64,000 nucleotides of DNA, taken from assembly GCA_900617105.1 (NCBI GenBank), contig UYFQ01000510.1, positions 1-64,000 of the forward strand, read 5' to 3'. This document shows positions 47,246-61,139 of the stretch, one piece after another. The notes under the pieces are model-generated. The model searched no databases. It had not been told where the DNA came from and saw nothing but the letters and a program-made list of their open reading frames with translations. Each line of letters begins with the position of its first letter. Positions within the stretch are counted from its first letter, which is position 1. This DNA comes from Hydrurus foetidus. Lineage: Eukaryota. The position numbers and the translations under genes were made by a program.

Positions 47246-50200
47246 ATGTTGAGGAGCGTATTGCATCGCAAAGGATCAGTGATCAATTTGAGCAAAGCCG
47301 TTTTGCGGACAACGAAAAGGAATGTGATAGTCTCGAAATCAATATTGGGTTCTATTCCGCAGTCAGCTATCACTGAATCCCTATGGCCAAAGCTTCGAGA
47401 AGCGGTTATGATGGATCCAAGAAGATTAATCGTCCTTGATGATGATCCAACTGGATGTCAAACAGTATACGACATTAATGTTTTACTTGACTATAGCGTT
47501 ACCAGCATAGAAGAACAACTGAAACTGGACGACAAGCTCTTCTATATTCTCACAAACACAAGATCTCTTGGTGAAGCAGACGCGATTAGCGTTACTAAAC
47601 ACGTTATCGATAATATTCAGACTGCGGTTAAGAACGTTCGGTACCCCCATACGATACAATATATATCGAGAAGTGACTCTACTTTAAGAGGTCATCATCC
47701 CGCTGAAGTAGAAGCTATAGCAGAAGCACTCAATGTTCCTTTCGAGAGTACGATAGTCATGCCTGGTCAGTATTTCCGGAAGACGCTTAACGAGATGTCC
47801 CAAGAACATGAAGCTCGCATAATTAACGACCTGACATGCCAATTTATCATCACAGCATTTTTCGAAGGTGGAAGACTGACCTTCAACGATGTTCATTATG
47901 TTCAAGAGGGAGAGAATCTCATACCTGCGGGAGAGACGCCTTTTGCCAACGATGCTCACTTCGGTTTCAAAGCATCAAACCTCAAGGACTGGGTAGTCGA
48001 GAAAACTGGCGGAGCGGTTAAAAGAGAGAATGTCAGTTCAATAAGTTTGAACGATATCAGGGAGGGAGGACCCGCAACAGTGGCGAATATCTTAGAGAGT
48101 CAGCAACACGGAAACACTGTCATAGTGAATGGTAAGAGGGAAGTACGCACGGTACACATGATCAGATCTAATGACTAGCTCTGACCATATTGGCTTCTTA
48201 TATCTATTTTGTGTGCATCTGTTTTGTTTTGTTTACAGCTGTCCACGAACACGATATGAACTTATTCATGCTGGGATTACTTCAGGTGAGGTTATTTATA
48301 GCTTGACTCTGCGTGTGAAATAAGATAAACCCTTGCACTGTTCGATGATACTCCCTTTCAAATTGCATCAATACAACGTGTCGGTGTCATAACTTAACTA
48401 TCATCAACAGGCTGAGACTGATGGATTAAATAGCATATACCGTACCGCTGCATCTTTCGTGTCAAGCAGAGCTGGACTGGAGCCGAAGAGTCTTCTCACC
48501 ACTCAACAGCTGAGGGGATATTCTGACGATAAAATGGGGGGTCTAATAGTAGTGGGTAGCTACGTTCCTAAAACAACATTGCAGCTGAAGTCATTAGTTG
48601 AGGGGTCTAATATAGTGCCACTAGAGCTGAGTGTAAGGGAGATCATTGAGGCATCTAGAGCCAGTAGAGACTCCTCATCAGTGGGTCTTGGACCCCTCAT
48701 CAAAAGAACAGCCGCACAAATAGACCAACTACTACTCACAGGCCAAAATGTTGTATTGTACACCACACGAGAGTTCCTAACAGGAACGACCCTCACTGAC
48801 GCTGCGGCTGTCTCCGACACACTCACAGATATTGTTCGAAAAGTAAAATCAAAACCTGCCTTTTTAGTGGCGAAAGGCGGCATCACCTCTCATGACGTGG
48901 CGTCTAAAAGTCTTGGTATAACCACTGCGAGAGTCATTGGACAAATTGAACCTGGAGTTCCTGTCTGGAAGGTACTGAATGCTACAGTTTGATACTGTAT
49001 TTTACACCACACTCCACTTCATTTGATCACACGACACATCACTGCACTACAATTAAATGCATTACACTTCAGCACACAACACTACACCACACTACACCAC
49101 ACTATACCACACTACACTACACTACACTACACTACACTATTCCGCACCCATTCACAACACATTCATACCACCCCATCCTGCTGTTCATACAGACATGACG
49201 CTAATGGTAACACCATCAATTGACTAAACAACAGGCAGGCCATGACAGTCGATTTCCCGGCATGAATTATGTAGTGTTCCCTGGCAATGTAGGCGACAAG
49301 AATGCACTACTAAAAGCTGCCATTACACTGGGAGTGTCTGAGAAGAGCCCCTCTGAACAACAGGGGAACAGTGGAGGAGGGTCACAGACACCAGGCTCAG
49401 CACCCTCTTCCTCTTCTGCATCGTCAGTGAAGCCTTCTGCCGCAGCATCCAACAGCAAGCTGCTCTCTGCCATGTCCAATGCACTGGCACATAGCTATGC
49501 CATTGCTGCATTCAACGTGTACAACTTAGAGGGCGCGAAAGCTGTTGTAGCTGCAGCAGAAATGTCCCGATCACCCGTTATTCTCCAGGTGCCTTCAATC
49601 GACCTGACATGACCTGACATGACACAATCCGATCTCATCTACAAACGCAATCGCACTCAAGTACAGTCCCATCGAAATACAGAACGGCTTTCTCTTCTTA
49701 ACTTCAATTCACCTCCCTTCTCAACCACTCATTCTGTATTTGTTAACTTATTGACTCAATTATTTATTTCTCGGTTTATTTATTTAGTTATTTATTTATT
49801 TATTCTCCTCCTCTCTCGTTCCCTGCAATTCCCTCCTTTTCTCTGCTCGTATTCCTAACCTCTCCCTTCAAGGTGCATCCTTCTTCTTTTCGATTCGGAG
49901 GGCGGCAACTGTTGGACCTGCTCTGCTCGTTCAGAACCCACGCGACTGTTCCCGTCTTCATACACATAGGTAAGCTATGCTGTGCTATTTAGTCACAACG
50001 CATCGCATCATCGGATGACGTTTTGAACTTGTTCTTCATCGATGAATCTGTGACACTACCGTTTCTTTCAATAGATCATTCAGACGTGCATGACGAGAAA
50101 ATAGTACTAGATATACTGGGCTGCAACTGCAACGTGGATTCCGTCATGATAGATGGATCCTCCCTGCCCTTACCGGAGAATACGGCATGGACGGCTAAAA

Positions 50201-51077
50201 TGGTACTTCGCAGTTACTTCTAAAGAGATCCGTTTTGATGAAGAAATGTCACACAAGGATCAATAACTACTGCTCTTCTGACGATGTTAATGTTACATTC
50301 TGTTATTTATTTTAGGCGAAGTACGCACACGATGCAGGAGCTATTGTTGAAGCGGAGCTGGGCAGACTGACCGGAGAGGAGGTCTGACATGATGTGATGT
50401 GATGTGATGTGACAACTCTATTCTGTTACTCTCTAGCTATCAGAACAAAGATCAGTTGCAAGATATATTCCACTGTCAGTCACATCTTATTTTTACCGTC
50501 CTTCACAACTCTCTTCTTCTTCTACTGTCCCAGGATGGTATGAGTGTGTCGGAGATGGAGGCAAAGATGACGGACCCATCTAGCGTGGCACAGTATGTGA
50601 GAGAGACAGGTGTAGACATGCTCGCAGTCACGATAGGAAACGTGCACGGACAGTACAAGTCACCGCCCCTACTGGACTTCCCTCGACTGGAGGCTATTAG
50701 GAGGGAGGTGCCCTTCGGGTTCCCCCTCGTGCTGCACGGAGCGTCAGGGCTTTCGAAGGATCTCATTTCTGGGGCCATTTCCAGAGGGGTGTGCAAGTTC
50801 AACGTCAACACGGATCTCAGAATAGCTGCTATGGCGTCAGTCACAGACATTATCCACAACCACAAGAAGGTCAGTCATGTCACATCCATCAGGCTGTTGT
50901 GCCACTACTTCACAGGTCAATCAATGAAGGCCTTTCTCTCATGACATAATTATTTCTATTTTCTTTTATCATCTCCAGCCTGATGTCCTCCAGTTGATGC
51001 AAGGCACCACTGCCGCAATGCAGGAGGTAGCACTCAGCAAAATTGCTCTCTTCCGTTCCAGCGCGAAGAAAATGTAG
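47246..51077 (+). CDS. Fusion of four-carbon acid sugar kinase (DUF1537/OtnK-DtnK family) and class II ketose-bisphosphate aldolase (multi-exon)
   Basis: LDDDPTGCQTV, SRSDSTLRGH, GSYVPKTT, AKGGITS, VVFPGNVG; then AFNVYNLE, HIDH, EAELG, IGNVHG, LVLHGASG, KFNVNT. Confidence 0.92.
49050..49140. repeat. Intronic (CACTA)n-type microsatellite
   Basis: ACTACACCACACTACAC... degenerate pentamers. Confidence 0.85.
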
Positions 51078-51431
51078 ATAGGTTCTCTTTGTTATACAAT
51101 ATTAATATTCATTTTTTGTACCCCCTTTTTTAAAAAGCGAGTTTCTTCTGGGTCTGTAAAACCGTCAAAGAATGAGAAAGATGCACTTCATTTCAGTGCA
51201 TCTCGCAGGAGAATGAGAAGTAAAAAATCTCAGTCAACACCAGTTGGCGAAAACAGCGCACAGGGATATCGTAGAGTTGGTCGTAGTACGATGTCAGAAC
51301 AGGGATTTCATCAGCACTCAGTGGATGTGTTGGTATTGAAGCTAAAGGAGCTTTATAGAAAACAAAGAAATGGAGGTGTATGGAGTCACTTTCACTGTAT
51401 TTGTCAGCGACAATCAATATCTGTTCATTCT

Positions 51432-52144
51432 TCAATCCTCCTTCTCAGCCCTAAGGGCAGCAGCAGTCTTCTTTACTTTTACAGGCGTGCCCTCAGCGGG
51501 AGTCATTATGAGGAGTAAGAATATCAGACCAAATATGATCGGCAGTGCCATCAGGAAGACATTGGCAGTGATATAATTTCCCGACGAAATATCTTTCTCA
51601 GCGTCCTTATACGCTTTTGTGAAAGTCTTCATGATTTCTCCAAAGTAGCCCTGTGGCTTTGGTACATCCTCTGGATCCGTAGTTGTGAAGCCTCCCTTCG
51701 CAAAGGCGACAAGATCCTCCACGTTACGCCTTCCTCTGTAGGTGTAGATTTTGCCTTTCGAAAACATCTTTAGAGTGGGGAAGCCCTTGATGTCAAATCT
51801 TGTACCAAGGTCACGACTTTGATCAACGTTGACTTTGGCAATATTGACAACTCCTTTGAGTTCCTGCGCGACTTCGTCAAGAATAGGCGCTAGTGTTTTA
51901 CAATGTCCACACCATGGGGCGTAAAACTGTTCAAATATAAATTGAATCGTCACGTCCTTTCGGGGAACAGGAGAGTGATATTTTCAAACTCTACCTTCAC
52001 GAGCCAATCTCCGGTTGTGTGGCCCGTAGATGCTTGAGTCAGATGCTCGAAGTTGGCAGTGTTCAGATCTACAACTTCGCTGCATTTACTAACGCTCAAC
52101 AAAAGACTAGCCGCCACATACCATAAGCACGACCTAATTGCCAT
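51432..52144 (-). CDS. Thioredoxin-domain transmembrane protein (PDI/TMX-like), one intron at ~51928-51994
   Basis: Signal peptide; FEHLTQASTGHTTGDWLVK|FYAPWCGHCK; GFPTL; C-terminal TM helix and charged tail. Confidence 0.92.
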
Positions 52145-53242
52145 AGTTTCTGAGCGATTTCAAATCTTCCCTGATAGATTCTGTGGATCCTCGACGAGCT
52201 ATTTTTGATGACTTCTAAGTGGAAGTATCACGAATCAATCACGATATGGGTGCATCCATCTGTGGTGTAGTACTGTACTGTATGAAAGTGTGAGTACGTG
52301 CATCTGATCTATACCTCCCCTTTAATATCCTACCTTGTCAATAACTTCTTCTGTATACAGTAGGATGCAATTCCAAAATCACCAACTGATTTGAAGCGTT
52401 TCAACTGAAGTGGAAGGGGTAATACAGGAACGCCAAACATTGAGGTGCAAGAGGAAACATAGCGAAATTGTAATTACGAAGAATTTATGACCTTGCATTT
52501 GATTTATTTTATGATAATGATCAGATTAGTCGCTAACTTACACTTCATGCTGATTTATTAGTTTATAGAATGCAGGCAAATAATTATCCATGATTGGAGG
52601 AATCAATTGCTGCGAAGAATAATGCCGATATTATGCCATGACTGCACACCATACATTTTAGACTTTCGTGAGTATGTAATTGATATTTTTAGCAGCTTGA
52701 AACGCTTTTAATATATGCAAATGTAAGCAGCCACAGCTGAAGTGTCATGCATTTGACATTATTGTGATCTTGAAACCGTCACTTGTGCAGCCAAGCCAGT
52801 CATCTCGTGATCTATTCGTCTCGCGGAAAAGTTAATTTTTTGGAGCACGACTGAAAATAACAGTAGCGCATCATTCCGGCAGCCCACCAATAGTGTTTAC
52901 AAATACTGTTATTTGTTCGGGTGAACACTGAGCACTTCTCAAATAGAAAGTGAAATTTTAAAATTTTGGGTCTGAAGCTCTAAAGGGGGGTTATCAAATG
53001 ACAGTTTGAAACTGGACAAAAAGTGATAAACTTGTTCCGGGCAAACTTGCTCAGATTATATTTGTTCTTTTCCAGTACGAAAATATGTTGAAGAATTTGA
53101 CGTCAAACGCGACATTGCAAAGGTGCATTAAACTGAGACCGTTGGAAACCTCAGCGATCTGGCCTCTTTGTTGCGCTTGCAGGTTGGAAAAGGGTATAGA
53201 GATCAAGTGGTGGCGGTAATGATGGGGTGGATTAACCTTAGA

Positions 53243-54837
53243 ATGTTTCGTTGCTACAAAACTGCTGTTCTCTTCGTCGCTCTTTACATTGCGACGACAC
53301 CATCACAGTCCTTCGAGATAAGGAGATGTTGCACAGTCTCTGGGAAGTATGCTGTGTCCTCCTCAACAAGGCTACTATTATCGACGAAACAGAGCAATTT
53401 TATCGAGCAACGGACATCAGATAAAACCTCTTTTACGAATGCTGATCAACCTGAAGTGAAGTCATCGACAGACAGCATGCTTTACGGGTTACTTGCCACC
53501 ATTCAGTTGCTTCCTCCATTAGCCTTGGTTGAGCTGCCGGAGGATTTAGAAATGATTCGTAGACCAGTAAGTTACATTTACTTCGTCACTACCGCCACTA
53601 TCCTAGTGATGTTGGGATCGAAACGTCAAGATCTCAAGCAAGCAGTGCAGCAGAAGCCGATTTCCCTCAAATCGGCTGTTTTAGCACCAGCTGCTTCATC
53701 AGTTGTGATATTCTCCATATATTTACTTCTCAAATACACTAGCATCGAAATTTACTTCGATAGAGTGTACCAACTTTTAGGTGAAGACGTACTAGTAGTG
53801 ACATGCTTCATACCACATCACTCTCCTGACTCTCCTCAATTTGCTGATGTCCCCCTCTTTCTAAATTATTAGGAACGATTTTGGGCATACTATCCTTTGA
53901 CTCAATTTACACAGCTGCTGGAAAGGCTGTGTTCCCAGAATGGCAGCCCACGAATAAAATATTTGCTGATGGATCTCCAGAGGAGGATAACACCGAAGAA
54001 TCTCTCGCTGCTTCCAACAGTGATGAAGGACTGATCGCTGGACTTGTCATCGGGGGATCTTATTTACTCCTCTCATACTTCGGTGGAGGCGTTGCAAACC
54101 CAGAATCTCTTTTCGCGCTGAGTTTTTTCAACAACATGTTGGCCTCAGCCATCGCCATGCAAGCCATAGGAACGGTCAAAGTGGACAGCTTTGCGGTGGC
54201 GTGTGCGCTGCTGTCTGGCTTATTTTTTTACGACATTTACTGGGTCTTTTTCAGCGAAGTAATGATGACCGTTGCCACTAAAGTAGACGCGCCAATTAAG
54301 TTTCTTTTCCCTGCCTCCATATTGTCGATGCCTGCCAGACCGTATCCATTTTCAGTGTTGGGATTGGGTGACATCGTGGTACCCGGAGTGATGGCTGCCC
54401 TAGCGCGCAAGATAGACGTAGAAGGTCTGCCGAGTAACAGCTTCACAGTACCCACCATATCGGAGATGACAGCAGTAGTGACTCCGAAGGCGGCCATTGT
54501 TTGGCCAAACTTCTACACCACCCAGGACTACATCAAGGAAATGTTCCGCAAGAAGGAAGTGGAGGAGAAAGTAGTTGAGAAGCCCATACCTATTGAAGAG
54601 ATGCGGAGGCAACAAGGCAAGGTCAGCTATTTGAAGTGCGTCACTGTGGGCTACACCACAGGTTTGCTGGGTGCGTTTGCTGCTAATGAAATCACACATT
54701 CGGGTCAACCAGCACTGCTCTACCTTGTCCCTACCGTGATACTGTCCATGCTGTACGGTGCGAGCAGGAATGGAGAGTTGAAGGGTCTGTGGGGCGATGG
54801 ATTGTCATTCGCCAGCAAAGATGATCCACCAAAGTGA
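53243..54837 (+). CDS. Signal peptide peptidase-like aspartyl protease (A22B), one intron at ~53781-53871
   Basis: FFYDIYWVF, LGLGDIVVPG, GQPALLYLVP; multiple TM helices. Confidence 0.93.
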
Positions 54838-55598
54838 TATGGCTGTATCTCCTACCTATTTCTTTCTTTCTTTCATCCCAGCGGCCTTGCAGTAGTCCAG
54901 TGCAATGTAGTGATGCGATGTGACTGTGGTCACACTGTGCTGTAAATATAAATATATTAGTACGTACGGTAGAAACGAACAACCCAACCCAGTCACGAGA
55001 AGATGTTTCCCTTCCAACAACTCCAGTTGAGGGCTACTCTGAGTTATGAGGAGTTTGCTCATCCTGTTTCATTCGATGCCACATGAGGTTCATAACTTCA
55101 GTTGTATCTGAAGTACCAAGTCTTCCGATTTGACGGTTTACGAGTGGAACCGCTTTTGACTGACTAAGATAAGCGGACACTTACAGGTCAGACTTGCACT
55201 CGATTTATTAGAATTATGTCAAAAAACGATGGATTGTCTATTCACAAGGGAGTCAATGTACGGGACAACTTCACTGATTCAGTTGGAAAAAAAGTTAGTA
55301 TAAGGATAAATAGGAGTTCGAGAAACTGACAGCTCTATAGGCGTTCTAAAATGGTGCAATTCAAGTACGGAATATAGAGTGAAATCTCGTACGTGGCGCT
55401 TGACAAGCAAAACAGGAGACTGATGAAGCCACATGAGAGTGTGCATACAAGATATGTTCAAGAGAGTAGAGGGGGAAATGGGGAAACAAGTATTTGAAAA
55501 AGAGATTTGGGGAAATTAAATTGGACGGAAATATATGACGTGATGGACATGTGCAGTGCAGCGCCTCTAGATATGCCGGGTCGGGTCGGACTTGCCCC

Positions 55599-58434
55599 CT
55601 ACTCCCACAGCGCGCTGTCCATGGATGTCTTGCACCACAGCTGGTTCAGGACGGACACAGAGTAGAAGTCCTTGCCGTCAAGATACTCCAAGCACCGGAG
55701 GGCACACATCTTCGGGGCGTGTGGTAGGTCGGATCCGAAGTAGGGGTACACGATCTTGGTCTCGTTGAGTCGCCTTCGTTTCTGCTGCTGAGAGGAGATT
55801 TGTGCGAGTGTGTTGTCATCTGCACCCTCAGGATGCAGAAGTGATGAGGAGGAAGATGATGAGGAGGATGAAGAGGGCTGTGTGGTGCATGGACGAGTGG
55901 ACAGGGAGGGAGTGCGGTCACTGTCTACCGATGGTGAAGATGCGATGCACCGCAAAGCAGATGTCACACTGTGATCCGATCTGCCATAGGAGGTGCCGTA
56001 TGGCTCAGGGCTGATCAGGGTGAACAGCTCGGAGACTGGTCGCAGTGCAGCGGGGATGCTCTGACCATCCCTGTGGCGCGATGACCTCGTCTGAGCCCCT
56101 GGCTTGTTGACCGCTGAGACGACAGCTCTCTCCTTCGCATGACCTCTCGACACTGTGAGCGCTTTGTTTGTCGCATCAAATGCACTGACAGCGCTGTCTG
56201 CTGGGACTGGCTGTGCGTCCCACTGGCTGCATGCGATCTCGTCATCGACCCCCTCTTCACCCGACATGGACACATCGGCTGACCTCACTCTGCTGAGACT
56301 GATGTCCATGGAGGGTGTGAGGGACTCCGAGCTGGCATCGTATGACTCCTGCTTCAACTGCCTTGGTCCCGCTGTGTAGGGCTCGTCCGCCTCATATGCC
56401 CTGCTGCTGTACTTCGCTCTAGTAGCCGCATCCTTCAGAGCCTTGCTACTGCTGCTGCTGCTGCTGCTTCCTGGGTGCAGAGATGAGGACTCAGGGTTCC
56501 TCGCCACAGCTAATGCCTGCAGGTACGCAGAAATAAGATAGCATCAGTGCGGCTATCAGGAATCAGAAGGGACATTATTGGATGCAGTGCAGTTAGTGGC
56601 ATGAGATGAGGTGAGGTGAGGAGAACAGGTGGTGACGCACCTCGGAGCCCGGATAGTTCTTGCACGACTGACACTTGCAGCTTGCCCCGCATGTCGCTCC
56701 ACCCTGACATGGAGGGAAACAATTGTTTTATATTGTAAGATTTACTGGTATGAGGTAGAAGCGTGTCTGCTGGGGAGTGAGAGGGTGATCAAATAGCATC
56801 TGTCAATGTAATCTTCACTAAAGTACAGAACTATTCAGTACACAACAGTCGAAATGACACAGTAAATACGATCATGTGAGGTACACACCAGGAAGCACTC
56901 GCAGTACTTCTTGAGGCAGTTACTTTTAGAGCAGTTGCACCCGGCCACATGGGAGCTGGTGGGCGTGACTTTGCTTGTGAAAGCAGTGGCTGTGCGCTGC
57001 ATCGTTGCAACTATTGCTATTCTGCGGATCTACGTACGTACGTGTGTAGAATAGGGGAAGAAAAGGAAATCGAAAAGGGAGGAAGGAAAAGAGGAGGAAA
57101 GAAAGGAAAAGAAGGAAAGGAAAGGAAGGTGAGGGGGTGGAAAGTGAGGGAAGGGAGAGAGAGGGAGGGAATTTGAGAAGTTCAGAGCACCCTCATCCCC
57201 ATCAACAACTGAAATGCATTTCATTTCATTTCATTTCCAATATTTTGATACAGCTTACTCACCTCCTCATGAGCGAGGTCATTATGACAATCGGTGCAGC
57301 CGCAATTCGGTCCGCAGAATTTTAGTAAGGCAAAGCAGTCACAATATCTGGCGGACAAATTAAAAGAAAGTGTGCATCAGGTTTGGAGTTATTGAAGACT
57401 GTTTGAGTCGATCACTTTCATCAGCAAATCGGACTTCAGAAGACTTACAATTTAAGACATTTTGTCTTCTTGCATTTGCACTGTGAAGGAGTGACCGGCA
57501 TTGACTCTGCGTATCCCAGTTGAGTGGGGTCTCTAGGATTCGAGACTGCTGGACTCGCATACGCAGAGCGAGTCGGACCCGCGCTGGACAGAAGAAGGTT
57601 CTTAGGAACATCCGGTACCTTCCGTCCCATCACCCGCGATGGAGGTCTGCTCTGTGATGGCGTGCATCCCGATGCATGTGAGATCCTATCGTCGATATTG
57701 GTTCCCCGGTCAAGTTTGTCCGTCACTTGGTGAACGGATTCTGAACGATCTCGTCGATCTCGCGCACGCAGCTTGGCTGCATAGTCACCGCCTGCACCTA
57801 TTTCGGCAATACCGGAAACAAATCCTTGGCTGCTGCTTGTCGATGAAGGCACCCCAGACGCTTGTGGCTTCACACTTACTCCAGGGGAGAAGAAGCTGGA
57901 TCGCATATGAGACGCTTCCACTGATGCCTTGCAGTCGTCCTCAAGAGATGGTGCCGTGCCAGTATTAGTTCGGGGATAGTTGGATGATGATGGAGCGGAA
58001 TAAATTGCTCGGCGGAAAGTGTTTGAAGTGTTGACCATGGAATAGTTTTCATCATTCATATGTGACGATGAATTGTTGGGAAGAGAAAAAAAATAATTGG
58101 CATTTTTCGCGAGGTCATCATCGGCTAGAGGTATGCTCATCGAGTTCATGTTCCTCTTTTGTGCTGATATCAATCTAGATGTCACGCTGATTTCCGATTT
58201 GGATGGCGAAAACATCGATGGAGAGAATATCGAGATAGAATCTGAATTTTCAGCATCTGCAGTCTCAAAAACTATCGGAGAAAAGAGCTGGAAAGGTGAT
58301 CCCATCTCCATCGAAAGAAGACCCTCGCAACCGAATGGTGAAGGCGAGGGTGCCCAACTGATCGGTGCATCGACTTTCCGGAGTTGTTGAGGACTTGCAT
58401 TACCAATAGGTTTTTCGGTTAGTCTCTCAGTCAT
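55599..58434 (-). CDS. Tesmin/TSO1/LIN54-like CXC (CRC) domain protein (multi-exon)
   Basis: CKCKKTKCLKL|YCDCFA..CGPNCGCTDCHN (57480-57280) and GCNCSKSNCLKKYCECF (~56945-56893). Confidence 0.88.
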
Positions 58435-59250
58435 TTTACTTGAATACTTCAGCAAGCTAGCGAGCTGCGCGACTGTTGTTCTTCTCTACATTTAGATGGT
58501 CATTACTAGCGCTTGTCCCATACAATATGAGGGGCGTTGCGGGATGACTACTCATGTTAGCACAATCTACGTATCAACAGCAGGCAGCAGAGGGTGTTCT
58601 CCTTTTGGAAGTGCGCAGTGAGTAGCGCTGGGCAGCACACACGATTATCTATCCAGCTTATTTTGAAAAAAAATTAATTTGAAATAATTTGAAAAACAAA
58701 TGGTACCCACCCTTTGGCCTCCACCCTCCACCATCTACCCTTTCGTTTGCCCTTTTCGATGCATTTTGAGCAGATTTTTCGATTTGGAAGTGCATCTTGA
58801 TCTTTGAGCATTTCAGTCTCCTTCAACTCTTTGCATAATCTCTAGGGACCATGAGTCATACGATGAATTCTCACTTCTCAAATTTGTGCTGTATAGATCA
58901 AGCAATTTGGAACTCTTCATGTAGTGCAAGTCATTCACCTATGAGCGCGAACTTTTCTTGAGATGATGGGGCTGCGATAGAAGGTAGTTTGTTACCGATG
59001 GTCGATTTGCATCGCTCGGGTAGCTGCATGATTGAACTCTCAAAAATTAGATGCTCCCGCCGATTGAACATGATATTAACAGGATTTTTTAAGAACAATT
59101 AAACAACTATTTATCTTATTTATTCTTATTTCAGATAAACATTTCGGATTTCGACCAAGAAGTTTCCCATGGAATTTGTGTGACATTTCACTTCGTGCTC
59201 TCCAGATCAGAGATATCTGTAGAAGTGACAACGTATTTGCAAGCGAAGCA

Positions 59251-60402
59251 ATGCGTTGGGCACTCATCATTTTGGCGGTCGTGCAGAAATCATTCGTCAC
59301 ATCGAAGCTATTCTCCAGCAGCAGCATTAACCCAATGTCGCAGAAACTTCAATTGACGTCCAAGAATCTGCACTTGAAGGAGTCTATTGACTTCGGTCTC
59401 GCAGGACCAGAAAACTTTGAGATCAAAGAAACATCTATATCATCCGATGATTTGGCTGACGGGGACGTCCTTGTCCAGGTACTGGCCATCTCCGCCGATC
59501 CTTATCTGCGAAACTCGATAAAAAAAACACCTGGAGCAATGAATGCTGGCACGAACAAACAAGGCGAAATCATGCAGGGCTTCGTATCCGGAAAAGTACT
59601 CCGCTCCAACAATCCTGCTTGGGTCGAAGGTGATTTCTTCGGAGCTCACAGTCATTTCTCAACAGTTCAGATCGTATCAAAAAAAGCTGCAGTTGGCCTC
59701 TGGAAACTAACAGATTTAATCGAAGGCGAGCATCAAATCTCACTCGGAATTGGAATGTTGGGAATGCCTGGATCAACCGCTTACGGCGGTCTTCTTGATG
59801 TGCTCAAGGTCAAAGCCGGTGAGACGATTTTTGTGAGCGCCGCTGCGGGTGCTGTTGGCGGTCTCGTTGGCATGATAGCGAAGAATGTGTACGGTTGCAA
59901 AGTTATTGGATCTTGCGGTGGCCCTGAGAAGTGTGCGCTTATCAAAGAGAAGTACGGATTCGATCATGCCATCGACTATAAAACAATGTCAGACGCCGCT
60001 GCACTGATAGCGGCTCTGAAAGAAGTCGCGCCCGACGGCATCGACATGTATTTTGAAAGTGTGGGTGGAATGCACTTTGAAGCGGCATTCGCGTCACTAA
60101 GGACTGGCGGCCGCATCGCAGTATGCGGTGAAATAGCAGAATACAGCGCAGAATTTCCAAATTTATCGTCGATAAGTCTCATGAAAATGATCTACACAAG
60201 TCAGAGGATCGAGGGTTTCTTATGTGGGCCCTGGCTACGGCGTGAGAGGGGCGACTTCGTCTCTGACATCAGTCGCTGGATAAAGGAGGGAAAGGTCACT
60301 CTCCAGGAGGAGTCAGTCACCAACGGAATCGAAAACTGGCCAACTGCATTTAATTCTCTTTTCACGGGAGCTAATGTTGGCAAAGTGGTTGTGCGTGTCT
60401 AA
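59251..60402 (+). CDS. NADP-dependent alkenal/prostaglandin reductase-like MDR oxidoreductase (PTGR1/CurA family); start could be 59251 or 59335
   Basis: ISADPYLR, LGMPGSTAYGGL, VSAAAGAVG, GIDMYFESVGG, GRIAVCG, GANVGKVVV. Confidence 0.93.
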   Translation: MRWALIILAVVQKSFVTSKLFSSSSINPMSQKLQLTSKNLHLKESIDFGLAGPENFEIKETSISSDDLADGDVLVQVLAISADPYLRNSIKKTPGAMNAGTNKQGEIMQGFVSGKVLRSNNPAWVEGDFFGAHSHFSTVQIVSKKAAVGLWKLTDLIEGEHQISLGIGMLGMPGSTAYGGLLDVLKVKAGETIFVSAAAGAVGGLVGMIAKNVYGCKVIGSCGGPEKCALIKEKYGFDHAIDYKTMSDAAALIAALKEVAPDGIDMYFESVGGMHFEAAFASLRTGGRIAVCGEIAEYSAEFPNLSSISLMKMIYTSQRIEGFLCGPWLRRERGDFVSDISRWIKEGKVTLQEESVTNGIENWPTAFNSLFTGANVGKVVVRV

Positions 60403-61139
60403 TTTCACCGCTAGCTAATCTGCGAATCTCCAGAAGAGAGTTTCCTTCGTGCTTTCGATGGTTTCTTCCATGCGAGTGCAGAAGAGGTAAACCTTATTTT
60501 TAAACTGGCCGGCAGAAGGTGCACGTGGGAGGGCTTTGATGAGTCCATCTCTTCAAACTGCCTTTCTCATTCCTCTTCTATTTTCTATTTCGTTCATTGC
60601 CACAAAAACTACAGTAAAACAGAATGTAAAATAATTGCTAATTCTAAAGTTACAGTATGTTATGATAACAAATTTATTCTGCAGAAAGCTGTGCTAGCTG
60701 TTACGATAAACATGCGAACTTCAATTTACTTGTATTTATGATGAGAGACAATCTCGATAAAGCAAACTATCCATCTTCCGTTTCGAAAGTTTAGTGTGAA
60801 TAAGGAATGATGTGCTCCATGCAATAATGAGAATATACGTGCGTCTCTCAGAATTGGTTGTGCAGCGAGCCAGTTGATGAAATAATAAAACAGCACTCAA
60901 AGTGCGTCACTAGAGTGTGATTTGAATTTTGAGAAGCACCAACAATAGTCCTCAGAGGACGACAGGCGGCTCTCGTCTTTAATGTAAAACAGACATGAGA
61001 ATTCTTCCTATCCCAAGTTACGTTTGGATAGGTCACAGTAGCTGTACACGGTTCAGCACAGTAAGGCTTGTAAAAAGTAACCGAAGAATAGGACAGGGTG
61101 GGGGACAACGTCTAATACTGGTCATCTCGTTTCTAGATC

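Noticed and set aside
59176..60402. Horizontal transfer of the intronless PTGR1-like gene
   Set aside because: Lack of introns alone is insufficient and the family is widespread in eukaryotes; a phylogeny would be needed
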